In this document: positions 28,355 through 36,307 of the stretch, one piece after another
How the letters are laid out: every line of letters starts with the position of its first letter
Numbering within the stretch: position 1 is the stretch's first letter
Assembly (NCBI GenBank): GCA_021200315.1
Contig: JAJQGU010000051.1
Coordinates: forward strand, 3,474-67,473
Direction of reading: 5' to 3'
DNA from: Akkermansiaceae bacterium
GTDB taxonomy: Bacteria; Verrucomicrobiota; Verrucomicrobiia; Verrucomicrobiales; Akkermansiaceae
DNA: 64,000 nucleotides
Program-made: the position numbers and the translations under genes
The notes under the pieces: model-generated
Database searches by the model: none
Told to the model about the DNA's origin: nothing
The model's input: only the letters and a program-made list of their open reading frames with translations

Positions 28355-29428
28355 TTAGAGCGTATGTCTGAAATGCTCCTTCCTCTTCAGTGATTTGATG
28401 AATGCGACGAGCAGATCGATGCAAGCGTCGACGTCGTCGAGGTCGGCGGTTTCCACGGGAGAATGCATGTACCGCAATGGGAGCGAGAGGTTGGCGCAGG
28501 GAACCCCGTTGCGGGAGCGAAAAATGGAATCTGCGTTGGTGCCGGTGGTGCGCCCAGATGTTTCGTGTTGCAAGGGGATATTTTCCTTGTGGGCGAGAAG
28601 CTCGAGCCGTGCGTTGAGGCGGGGATGGCAGGCTGGACCGTGACAGAGGCAGCCGCCTTTTCCGAGGCGCACATCGCCGTAGCGCCCTTTGTCGAGGCCG
28701 GGAGAATCGGTGGCATGAGTGACATCCAGGCAGATGCCGGCGTCTGGCTTGATGCGATAGGTCAGCATGCCGGCGCCGATGCAGCCCACTTCCTCCTGCA
28801 CGGTGTTGCCGAAAACGATGTTCCATGCCGGCTCGATCTTTTCTTCCGCCGCTCGGCGGGCGGTTTCGGCAATGATGAACCCGCAGAGACGGTCGTCCAA
28901 GGCGCGGCAGACAAGTTTCTTGCCGTTCATCAGCAGGGGACCGTCGCAGTAGACGCCGACGGAACCGACGCGCAGGCCGAGTTTCTCGACTTCTTCACGG
29001 CTCGATGCGCCGAAATCGACGTAAAGATCCCAAGTTTTCGGAGCCTTTCCGTCGTCGTCGCGGATGTGGATGGCCGTGTTGCCGGTGATGCCGATCACTT
29101 CTCCCTCTGTGCCGAGAAAGCGGATGCGGCGGCCGCGGGCAATAGCCGCATCGGTGCCGCCGAGGCGCTCTACACGCACGAACCCATCATCGGCAATATA
29201 GCGGATGCTGAAGCCGATTTCGTCGGCATGCGCGTCGAGCAGGAGAGTCGGCACATTTTTATTTTTGCTTCCTAGTGTGGCCCATGCGCTGCCATAGGCA
29301 TCGCACTCCACCTCGTCCACGTAGGGTTTCATACGGGCTGCCCAGATACGCTGAGCGTCCATTTCAAAACCGGTCGGACTGGGCGTTTCGAGCAGTTCGG
29401 TGAGGAACTCGAGGGAATTGTCGTTCAT
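28355..29428 (-). CDS. M42 family aminopeptidase (FrvX/YsdC-like)
   Basis: LLETPSPTGFE, LLLDAHADEIGF and NTVQEEVGCIGAG are typical of M42 glutamyl aminopeptidases. Confidence 0.85.
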   Translation of the reverse strand: MNDNSLEFLTELLETPSPTGFEMDAQRIWAARMKPYVDEVECDAYGSAWATLGSKNKNVPTLLLDAHADEIGFSIRYIADDGFVRVERLGGTDAAIARGRRIRFLGTEGEVIGITGNTAIHIRDDDGKAPKTWDLYVDFGASSREEVEKLGLRVGSVGVYCDGPLLMNGKKLVCRALDDRLCGFIIAETARRAAEEKIEPAWNIVFGNTVQEEVGCIGAGMLTYRIKPDAGICLDVTHATDSPGLDKGRYGDVRLGKGGCLCHGPACHPRLNARLELLAHKENIPLQHETSGRTTGTNADSIFRSRNGVPCANLSLPLRYMHSPVETADLDDVDACIDLLVAFIKSLKRKEHFRHTL

Positions 29429-29448
29429 AATTGATTTGTGGTTTTATT

Positions 29449-30702
29449 TCAGGAAATGTTGCGATACCCGATGTCCGTGCGCCGCTGCATTCCGTCGAAG
29501 GAGATGAGAGCCGCTTCGGCATGGGCAAGAGCGCGAGCCTCGTCGAGAGTTGCTCCTTGGGCGGACACGGCAAGTACTCGCCCTCCGTGGGTGACGAACG
29601 TGCCGTCGTTTTCCTTCTTCGTCCCGCAGTGAAAAACGTGCGCGAACCGCACTCGATCGAGACCGGCGATTGCATCGCCGGAATGTGACGAGCCGGGATA
29701 GCCTTTCGAAGCCAAGATGCAGCAGACGCTCCAATCTTCGCTGAACGAGATGAGCTCGGGGCGGAAATCCCCTTTTGCTCCAGCCAGGCAGAATGCGGCC
29801 AGATCTCCCTTCAGCAGGGGCATCACGGCCTCGCATTCCGGGTCTCCGAAACGGCAGTTGTATTCAATCACCTTGGGCCCGTCAGGCGTTAGCATTAAAC
29901 CGAAGTAAAGAAAACCGCGATAGGGCAGACCGTCTTTTCTCAATCCTTCGACTGTGGGCCGCACGATTTCGCGTTCGATGCGTGCGAAGGTGTCATCATT
30001 CACGAGGCATCGCGAAGCGACGGCACCCATTCCGCCTGTGTTGGGGCCTTCGTCTCCATCGCTCAGACGCTTGTAGTCACGCGCCGGGCAAAGAATGAGA
30101 CAATGTTCGTCGACAACGGCTCCGAAGATCGAAATCTCAAGGCCGGTGAGAAATTCTTCCACCAGCAGCCGCCCTTCGCCGAATCGACGTTTCACAAATA
30201 CATCGTCTAGGAAGCTTTCAACGGAGGCTTCGTCCAGACAGACGGCTACACCCTTGCCGGCGGCCAGCCCATCGAACTTGAGCACCGTGGGATAGCTTTT
30301 CCCGATCAGCGTGCGAGCTTCGTCGGGCGTGGCGGCCGCTTCGGCGTGCCCTGTAGGGATCCCATGGCGCCGGAGAAATTTTTTGGCGAATTCTTTGCTG
30401 GCCTCAAGTTGTGCGCTTTCCTTGGGCGGCCCCCAGCAGGGAATGCCCGCGTGTGCGCAACGGTTGGCGAGACCGTCTCCGGCTACGAGATAACTTTCCT
30501 CTCCTGCCACGCAGAGATCGATATGCTTCCGGAGCATCCATCCGATCAGACTGTCGAGATCGTGCGCATCCGCCGGAGAAGCGGTTTCAAAAATGGCGTC
30601 ACTTCCGGGGTACGCAAAAATCTCCGGCTGAAGAGCGCTTGCGCCCAAAGCTGTAACGAGAGCGTGTTCACGCCCTCCCTTCCCGACAACGACAATTTTC
30701 AT
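29449..30702 (-). CDS. purD: phosphoribosylamine--glycine ligase
   Basis: MKIVVVGKGGREHAL start, an ATP-grasp core and GPNTGGMGA. Start chosen at the ATG at 30702 (alternative 30711); the longer track ORF has a non-homologous extension. Confidence 0.92.
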   Translation of the reverse strand: MKIVVVGKGGREHALVTALGASALQPEIFAYPGSDAIFETASPADAHDLDSLIGWMLRKHIDLCVAGEESYLVAGDGLANRCAHAGIPCWGPPKESAQLEASKEFAKKFLRRHGIPTGHAEAAATPDEARTLIGKSYPTVLKFDGLAAGKGVAVCLDEASVESFLDDVFVKRRFGEGRLLVEEFLTGLEISIFGAVVDEHCLILCPARDYKRLSDGDEGPNTGGMGAVASRCLVNDDTFARIEREIVRPTVEGLRKDGLPYRGFLYFGLMLTPDGPKVIEYNCRFGDPECEAVMPLLKGDLAAFCLAGAKGDFRPELISFSEDWSVCCILASKGYPGSSHSGDAIAGLDRVRFAHVFHCGTKKENDGTFVTHGGRVLAVSAQGATLDEARALAHAEAALISFDGMQRRTDIGYRNIS

Positions 30703-30844
30703 CGCCGCCATTATAGAGAAAACCCAACGGCAATGCAAGCCGCAGAAAAAGGCATCCCGCAATTTCAGGACGACGCAGTCTCGCTCAAATATGTCACGTG
30801 AAGAGCGCGGAAAAATAAATGAAACGAGGAAGCAAAGAAAACGC

Positions 30845-30873
30845 TTGACATGCCATTTTTTTGCGGACATTAT
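30845..30873 (+). promoter_or_regulatory. sigma70-like promoter for tRNA-Ser
   Basis: TTGACA (30845-30850), a 17-nt spacer, then CATTAT (30868-30873), about 22 nt upstream of the tRNA 5' end. Confidence 0.4.
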
Positions 30874-30894
30874 CTTCCCCGCTTCGTTCTCAGT

Positions 30895-30984
30895 GGAGAG
30901 ATGGCTGAGAGGTCTAAGGCACTCGACTCGAAATCGAGCGTAGCAGAAATGTTACCGTGGGTTCGAATCCCACTCTCTCCGCCA
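30895..30984 (+). tRNA. tRNA-Ser (anticodon CGA)
   Basis: Acceptor stem GGAGAGA/TCTCTCC. Anticodon stem CTCGA/TCGAG with loop CTCGAAA. Long variable arm, T-arm GTGGG-TTCGAAT-CCCAC, and an encoded CCA. Confidence 0.9.
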
Positions 30985-31330
30985 GCAATTTGAACAAGAA
31001 AACCCGCATAAACCAATAATAAAAAGGGATTGCGCCGCGGGTTTTGACAAGAAAACCTATGCCTGCTATGATACAGAAATCATTACAGCCATGAGCAGGG
31101 AATATTATGAAGGGCGTCTTTTCCTGATTGATCGAAAGCCGCCCTTCATGGCATTCTCCCCTCATGCTGTTTATGATTTTCAATTGGTCTTTTGTGCATG
31201 TTTTGCGTTTTTGGTTTAGTTTTGTTTAGTCAGTGTCTCTTTCTTTTTTCGTTAGATGTTTTTTGTTTTACCCGCCCGCAAAAGACGCTGCGCATGGTTT
31301 GAAAAATCAATATATCGAGCTCCTCGGGCT

Positions 31331-31552
31331 TCAGTCCTCATCGTAAAAGCAGTCCTCATCGTATGGGCGGAACCAAACATCCGCAGGCGTGGCGAGAAGA
31401 AGGGTATAAGCGGGATACTCCCCATCCTCATCCTTCAGATAATCCAGATAGTTATGCCTAATGAGGCAGATGTTTATCGGGCAAGAGATCGCAAGCAGCA
31501 AAACTATCAAGGCCCACCTCCGCTCTCTCGTAAGGCGGCTCGCGTTTCCCAT
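31331..31552 (-). CDS. hypothetical small single-pass membrane protein
   Basis: From the ATG at 31552: MGNASRLTRERRWALIVLLLAISCPINICLI, then an acidic tail ending YDEDCFYDED. It lies immediately downstream of the 678-aa ORF. An opposite-strand ORF (31256..31555) competes, so coding status is uncertain. Confidence 0.3.
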   Translation of the reverse strand: MGNASRLTRERRWALIVLLLAISCPINICLIRHNYLDYLKDEDGEYPAYTLLLATPADVWFRPYDEDCFYDED

Positions 31553-31719
31553 TGATTGCTCGGCCTCTGCCGCTGTGAAAAGGTAGAGAGGGGAAAAAGC
31601 ACAATGGCGCCGCAAAAAATAGCAAAGGCTATCTTTTCTATTTTGCTCTCATTTGGATCTCGCGGAGCTGGATAAGAGGTATTGAGGAATCAAAGCGAGT
31701 GCTATTGTATTTTTTTAAA

Positions 31720-33756
31720 TTAAGTAAAGCATTTTTTATTTCTGTAATGCCGAGGCATGACAGAAAGCCTATCAAAAAACAACATACTCCTCCTCGTTTT
31801 CCTTCTTGCCCTCGCCTTCCGTTCCTCTTCCTTCATATCCCACTCAGTCCGGCCGGAGCCAATGAACCCCCGGAACGCATCCAGAGCCTTCTCCGCCGCC
31901 TCCGCGTCGAGCGACTCCCACGCGCCGAACGTCTGAAGGATGCCCATCTCCGTCCGCAGCTCATCCGCCCGCTCCTGCGTCGTATTCGGCGCGGCCAGCT
32001 CGGTTTGCTTCGCCTGCAATTTGCTGTTCACCTCCGCCGCGGTCATATTCATCGCCTTCAGCATCTCCGCGGCCAGACGGTAGTTGTGCGCGTGCATCTT
32101 GCCCTTCTTGCGTGCGCCCTTCTCGGTCTTATCGGGGTAGGCACGCTTCCAAAGGTTCTCTATCTGCTCCCGCGCCCTGTCCTTGATAAACCGGTCAAGC
32201 TGCTCGCGGCACCCGCGTGCCACCTTCCTCAAAGCCTCCTCCAGCTTCACCGCCCCCAGAGACGCCAGCGTATCCCGCAGCTCCTGCTCCGTCATCCCCA
32301 TATCGCGCCGCGCCTCCAGCGCGTTGATAAACTTGTCAAAAATCGGCCCTTTCAGCACCCCGCCGGACTTCGGCACCTCCCCCGTCTCCGCCAGCTCGGC
32401 ATACACCGCCGCCCAGCTCATCAGCACATTCAGCCGGCCGAACTGATATTGCGGCGGCAGCACGCTTCGCGTCGCCTCCATCAGCCCCGCAATCACCCCC
32501 AGCCTCGCCGCCCCCGTTCCGAGCGTCTTGTTCGTCGAGCCTACCGCCGTGTCAAACATCTTGAGCCACTTGTCAAACCGCTTCAGCACCTTGCCCGCCA
32601 CCAGCTCATCCGGCCTCCGCCGCAAAGCCTGCCGCGCCCACTGGCCGTAGGTCATTACGGATAACGTAATATCCGCGTTCCGAGAGCTGTAGGTGCCGCG
32701 GTTCTCCGTGGCGGATTTAATCTGCCCGGGCTCGGTTGCTAATACCCATACGGACTCTTCACCCTTCAGTATAATTCCATCATAATCATATCCGTCTTTA
32801 TCCCCTTCTGCAAACTCCTTCAAGGCTTTTCTGTGAAAAACAGGATCATCCCAAATCTTAGGTTCTATCGCGTCTCCCTCGCGAAACACGCCGAAAGGGT
32901 TATCCTTTAAATCATAAATAAGAGGGTTTTCCAAGTTGACGAACAATTCATAATTTCTCGCGCTCTCATCGGGTAAAGCCTCATCGCCGTACGCGATTCT
33001 TCTTTCGTTTTCAAACTCGAGTGTCCATTCCGAGTAGTTCTCCGCCGTCTCTCGGCTCGAAGTTGTGAAGATGAATCCTGCGTCTTCCTTCTCCGTCCCG
33101 AAGTTTTTACCGGCCAAACTCACGTCAAACTCTTTAAAGTCGGCATAACTCCCATGGTACACCACCATCGGCTCACCGTTCTCGTCCACCACCTTGGAAA
33201 GTTCTTCTTCCTCCCTCTTGATGTCTTCTGCGCGCCGTGCTAATATACTTCGGGAAGCTTGAGGCGTGCCTCCTTCGGTGGAGGTCTTGAACACGTCCTC
33301 GAGCTTCTTTTTTATTTCCACCTCATGTAGATAAAATCCCTGTTTGTTGGCACGTTGTGTGACAACAATCTCGCAAATATATTCCGCTCCTTTAATCGTG
33401 ACGGGAGCGGCAATCACCGCCGTATCGTACCCGCGTTTTTTCCAGTTCTTTTGACGGTCGAACACAATTCCTTTTCGAATCACGTCTGCTACGCAAGCGA
33501 AAGCCGCGGCTTTCAAAGAGCCTATGCCGTGCCCAATAGAAGACTTCACTCCTTCAATGTCGAGCTTAACCTCTCCAAGCTCCGGAGAAATAGCGGCACC
33601 GCCAAAACGCTCCTTCCAAAACTTTGTCACCTTTTCAGTCAGCGGCGTACCGTCTTTTTGAAACTCGTTCCCGGAAATGGCCGCTACCGGCTTCATAGAC
33701 ATAATTTTCCCATGGCCGCCTTGAACTGAGCCGCTCTTTCCCAATCCCCAAACCAT
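31720..33756 (-). CDS. polyvalent-protein-like multidomain protein (BECR-nuclease-like + ART-like modules + helical C-terminal half)
   Basis: See findings. Motifs GEVKLDIEGVKSSIGHG..IKGAEYICEIVVTQ..GFYLHEV and SKVVDENGEPMVVYHGSYADFKEFD..GFIFTTS. The likely start is the ATG at 33696 or 33702 rather than 33756. Confidence 0.7.
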   Translation of the reverse strand: MVWGLGKSGSVQGGHGKIMSMKPVAAISGNEFQKDGTPLTEKVTKFWKERFGGAAISPELGEVKLDIEGVKSSIGHGIGSLKAAAFACVADVIRKGIVFDRQKNWKKRGYDTAVIAAPVTIKGAEYICEIVVTQRANKQGFYLHEVEIKKKLEDVFKTSTEGGTPQASRSILARRAEDIKREEEELSKVVDENGEPMVVYHGSYADFKEFDVSLAGKNFGTEKEDAGFIFTTSSRETAENYSEWTLEFENERRIAYGDEALPDESARNYELFVNLENPLIYDLKDNPFGVFREGDAIEPKIWDDPVFHRKALKEFAEGDKDGYDYDGIILKGEESVWVLATEPGQIKSATENRGTYSSRNADITLSVMTYGQWARQALRRRPDELVAGKVLKRFDKWLKMFDTAVGSTNKTLGTGAARLGVIAGLMEATRSVLPPQYQFGRLNVLMSWAAVYAELAETGEVPKSGGVLKGPIFDKFINALEARRDMGMTEQELRDTLASLGAVKLEEALRKVARGCREQLDRFIKDRAREQIENLWKRAYPDKTEKGARKKGKMHAHNYRLAAEMLKAMNMTAAEVNSKLQAKQTELAAPNTTQERADELRTEMGILQTFGAWESLDAEAAEKALDAFRGFIGSGRTEWDMKEEERKARARRKTRRSMLFFDRLSVMPRHYRNKKCFT

Positions 33757-34352
33757 TTTTTGAAGTTAGTTGTGCGCACTGAGACCCACTGCGCTTCCGT
33801 GAGATTTGTTTTCTCTCCGTTCGGGGCTTTCATATACGTGCCGTCCGCTTGAGCTCTCTCGCGAATACCCCGTATTTCTTCCTCAATCGAAAAGCTTCTT
33901 GACTGTTCGGGATTTCCGAACAATTGCCCCCCGCGCTCCCTCGCTTCTGTTACCGAGAAACTCCCCCCGCCGAAAAGCGAGTCTGTAGGCTCATGATTCT
34001 CGGCCGCCTTCCGCATCTGTTCCATATCCCATTCCCCGCGGTCCATTTTCTTCTCCGCGTCCAGAGCCCGCACATCCGCCCGCGCCTGTTCCAAAGCTAT
34101 CTCCGTAATATTTATCTTCGTCTGCCCGTCCCACGCCTGACAAGGTGCCATCAATTCCGGATAAGAGCCGATGTTGTTCAGTTTCTCCTCTAAAAACGCC
34201 AGCGCACGGAGGTCCTCGGCAGCTTCCGCCGCTGTACCCACACGCAGACCCATCCTCTCAGCTTTCTTCCTGTCCTTGCCGGTAAGCCTCCCCTCCATTT
34301 TTACCAGATTTATAGCATTCTTAATCTGTTTGCGGGCCGTGTCTCCCCACAT
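33693..34352 (-). CDS. polyvalent-protein-like N-terminal segment
   Basis: 219-aa ORF with SFSV/SFSI linkers and the junction motif NGEKTNLTEAQWVSVRTTNFKKWFGDWE. It overlaps the next ORF and may be the same gene, either interrupted or recoded. Confidence 0.6.
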   Translation of the reverse strand: MWGDTARKQIKNAINLVKMEGRLTGKDRKKAERMGLRVGTAAEAAEDLRALAFLEEKLNNIGSYPELMAPCQAWDGQTKINITEIALEQARADVRALDAEKKMDRGEWDMEQMRKAAENHEPTDSLFGGGSFSVTEARERGGQLFGNPEQSRSFSIEEEIRGIRERAQADGTYMKAPNGEKTNLTEAQWVSVRTTNFKKWFGDWERAAQFKAAMGKLCL

Positions 34353-34639
34353 TTCATCTCCTCCTCAAAATCCCCGCCCAAATCAAGCAACCCCCTGGCT
34401 CATTTTCACGCTTTCCTGCGAAGGCAGACATTTGGATTGTTGTGGAAATTCAGCCGGCGTTTTCAATGCTTTTGCAGACAATTTGCCTGTTAGGCACTGT
34501 ATCTGAATTACGACTTTCATTACGACTGAACAGTTCGGGATTATTTGTCTTGATTCTTGGGGAAAAGGCATGTATCATATGCCCATCGCGCGGTGTACGC
34601 GTGTTTTCTCCGCTTCGTTCCCATCGGAGAACGAGGGGA

Positions 34640-34683
34640 GATGCTTCCCATTCGGGAAGCATCCGAGAAAGCTTTTATTTTTA
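34640..34683 (+). promoter_or_regulatory. terminator-like hairpin in the purH leader
   Basis: Perfect 10-bp stem GATGCTTCCC / GGGAAGCATC with loop ATTC, followed by a T-rich tract (GCTTTTATTTTT). The hairpin ends 25 nt before the purH ATG. Confidence 0.4.
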
Positions 34684-34688
34684 GAGAT

Positions 34689-36257
34689 ATGGAAACATCT
34701 GTACAACAATCGAAAATAACTCGTGCGCTTTTGTCCGTTTCAGACAAAGCCGGACTTGACGTCTTCGCCCGAGGGCTTGCGGCTCATGGTGTCATGCTGA
34801 TCTCGACCGGCGGGACGGCCGCCTATTTGAAGTCCCTGGGGCTCGAGGTGACCGAGATTTCCGATTACACGGGAGAACCCGAATTGTTCGAAGGACGCCT
34901 GAAAACACTGCATCCCAAGGTTCACGGCGGGCTTCTGCACAAAAGAGACAATCCGGAACACGTGCGGCAGGCCAAAGAGAACGGCATCGAGCCTATCGAT
35001 CTTGTGTGCGTAAATCTCTACCCCTTCGAAGAAACCGTTGCACAGGAAGGCGTGACGCTTGATGAAGCCATCGAGAAAATCGACATAGGCGGACCTTCGA
35101 TGTTGCGCTCGGCGGCCAAAAATTACGCTTCGGTTGTCGTCGTTTCCGATCCCTCTGATTACGAAATGATTCTCGATGAAATGGATCGCCACAACGGCTG
35201 CACCACTCTGAAAACGCGTGAAAAACTGGCTGTAAAAGTGTTTCTGCGCACCTCCGCCTATGATGGAGCCATATCGAATTATCTCGGCCACCAAGCCCAT
35301 GAATCCACCAAGGGGAGTTTTTCCATCTGCTTGCCCCTGTGCCAGACGCTCCGTTACGGCGATAATCCTCATCAGCCTGCCGCTCTCTACGGCAGCTTCG
35401 ATGAAATTTTCACCCAGCTTCAAGGCAAGGAGCTCTCCTATACCAACGTGCTCGATATAGACGCGGCCGCCGAGCTCATCACCAACTTCCGACGTCCGAC
35501 GGTGGGTATCTTGAAACACACAAATCCCTGTGGCGTGGGGCAGGATGACGAAGATATCCGCATGGCCTGGCAGAGAGCCTACGAAACGGACACGCAGGCT
35601 CCATTCGGGGGAGTGATCGTCATGAATCGCCCGATGACGGAAAGTCTCGCCCGCGTGGTGGGCGCTATCTTCACGGATGTCATCATTGCGCCGGATTATG
35701 AACCAGAGGCGCGCGCCATTTTGCAAAAAAAGAAAAACTGCCGCATCATCCGAATGAATGTGCCGGCTTGGCTCGAATCCCGCAAGGCGCCCGTAATCCG
35801 TTCCGCTCCCGGCGGTATCATGACGATGAAAAAAGATACGGAAGTGATGGGACTTGAGAACCTGGAAACCAAGGTTGTCACTAAGCGTCCCCCCACTGAG
35901 GCAGAACTTACGGCATTGCGCTTCAACTGGCGCGTCGTTAAGCAGGTGCATTCAAACGCCATCGTCTTCGGCACCGCTGATCGGACGCTCGGCATAGGTG
36001 CCGGCCAAATGAGTCGCGTGGATTCTGTGCGCATTGCTATCTGGAAGGCCGGTCAGGCAGGGCTTCCTCTGGAGGGTAGCGTTATTGCTTCGGATGCCAT
36101 GTTCCCCTTTGCTGACGGGCTCCAAGCCGCCATTGACGCCGGAGTGACAGCCTGCATTCAACCGGGGGGCTCCATTCGCGACCAAGAAGTGATCGATGCG
36201 GCAGATGCGGCCGGCATCGCCATGGTTTTTACCGGTCATCGCCACTTCCTGCACTGA
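34689..36257 (+). CDS. purH: bifunctional AICAR transformylase / IMP cyclohydrolase
   Basis: RALLSVSDKAGL, the MGS-like domain and the AICARFT domain are collinear with PurH. Start at the ATG at 34689 (METSVQQSK). Confidence 0.95.
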   Translation: METSVQQSKITRALLSVSDKAGLDVFARGLAAHGVMLISTGGTAAYLKSLGLEVTEISDYTGEPELFEGRLKTLHPKVHGGLLHKRDNPEHVRQAKENGIEPIDLVCVNLYPFEETVAQEGVTLDEAIEKIDIGGPSMLRSAAKNYASVVVVSDPSDYEMILDEMDRHNGCTTLKTREKLAVKVFLRTSAYDGAISNYLGHQAHESTKGSFSICLPLCQTLRYGDNPHQPAALYGSFDEIFTQLQGKELSYTNVLDIDAAAELITNFRRPTVGILKHTNPCGVGQDDEDIRMAWQRAYETDTQAPFGGVIVMNRPMTESLARVVGAIFTDVIIAPDYEPEARAILQKKKNCRIIRMNVPAWLESRKAPVIRSAPGGIMTMKKDTEVMGLENLETKVVTKRPPTEAELTALRFNWRVVKQVHSNAIVFGTADRTLGIGAGQMSRVDSVRIAIWKAGQAGLPLEGSVIASDAMFPFADGLQAAIDAGVTACIQPGGSIRDQEVIDAADAAGIAMVFTGHRHFLH

Positions 36258-36307
36258 ACACATATCCCACACAATGGGGAGAGATTTTTGCCCTTCCGAA
36301 ACGATAT

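Larger units (their letters stand above)
30985..34400. mobile_element. degraded integrated-element remnant 3' of tRNA-Ser (no integrase present)
   Basis: It is inserted between purD/tRNA-Ser and purH. G+C is mosaic by hand count on single 60-nt lines: about 30% at 31201-31260, 58% at 32281-32340, 40% at 32881-32940. It carries phage/ICE polyvalent-protein-like ORFs. Confidence 0.45.

Noticed and set aside
30914-31183. An 89-aa minus-strand ORF overlapping tRNA-Ser.
   Set aside because: It runs antisense through the tRNA gene, and the tRNA cloverleaf is unambiguous.
31699-32664. A 321-aa plus-strand ORF (Arg/Leu/Pro/His-rich) opposite the C-terminal half of the 678-aa ORF.
   Set aside because: It has extreme low-complexity composition (runs of R, L, P, Q, H). 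The minus-strand frame gives a normal helical protein continuous with the recognisable N-terminal modules.
34353-34688. A ZTP (pfl) riboswitch or a Bacillus-type PurBox in the purH upstream region.
   Set aside because: I could not find the conserved ZTP elements (GGGTCGTGAC.. / ..CCGCCTGGGC-like). One PurBox-like 13-mer (AATCCCGAACTGT, reverse strand) is a single imperfect match, and PurR of that type is a Firmicutes feature.
30985-34688. An intact integrative element bounded by a duplicated tRNA 3' end.
   Set aside because: I found no convincing copy of GGTTCGAATCCCACTCTCTCC at the distal end and no integrase gene. I therefore call it a remnant only.
34740-35951. A 403-aa ORF antisense to purH.
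   Set aside because: purH homology on the plus strand is complete, so this is an antisense shadow.
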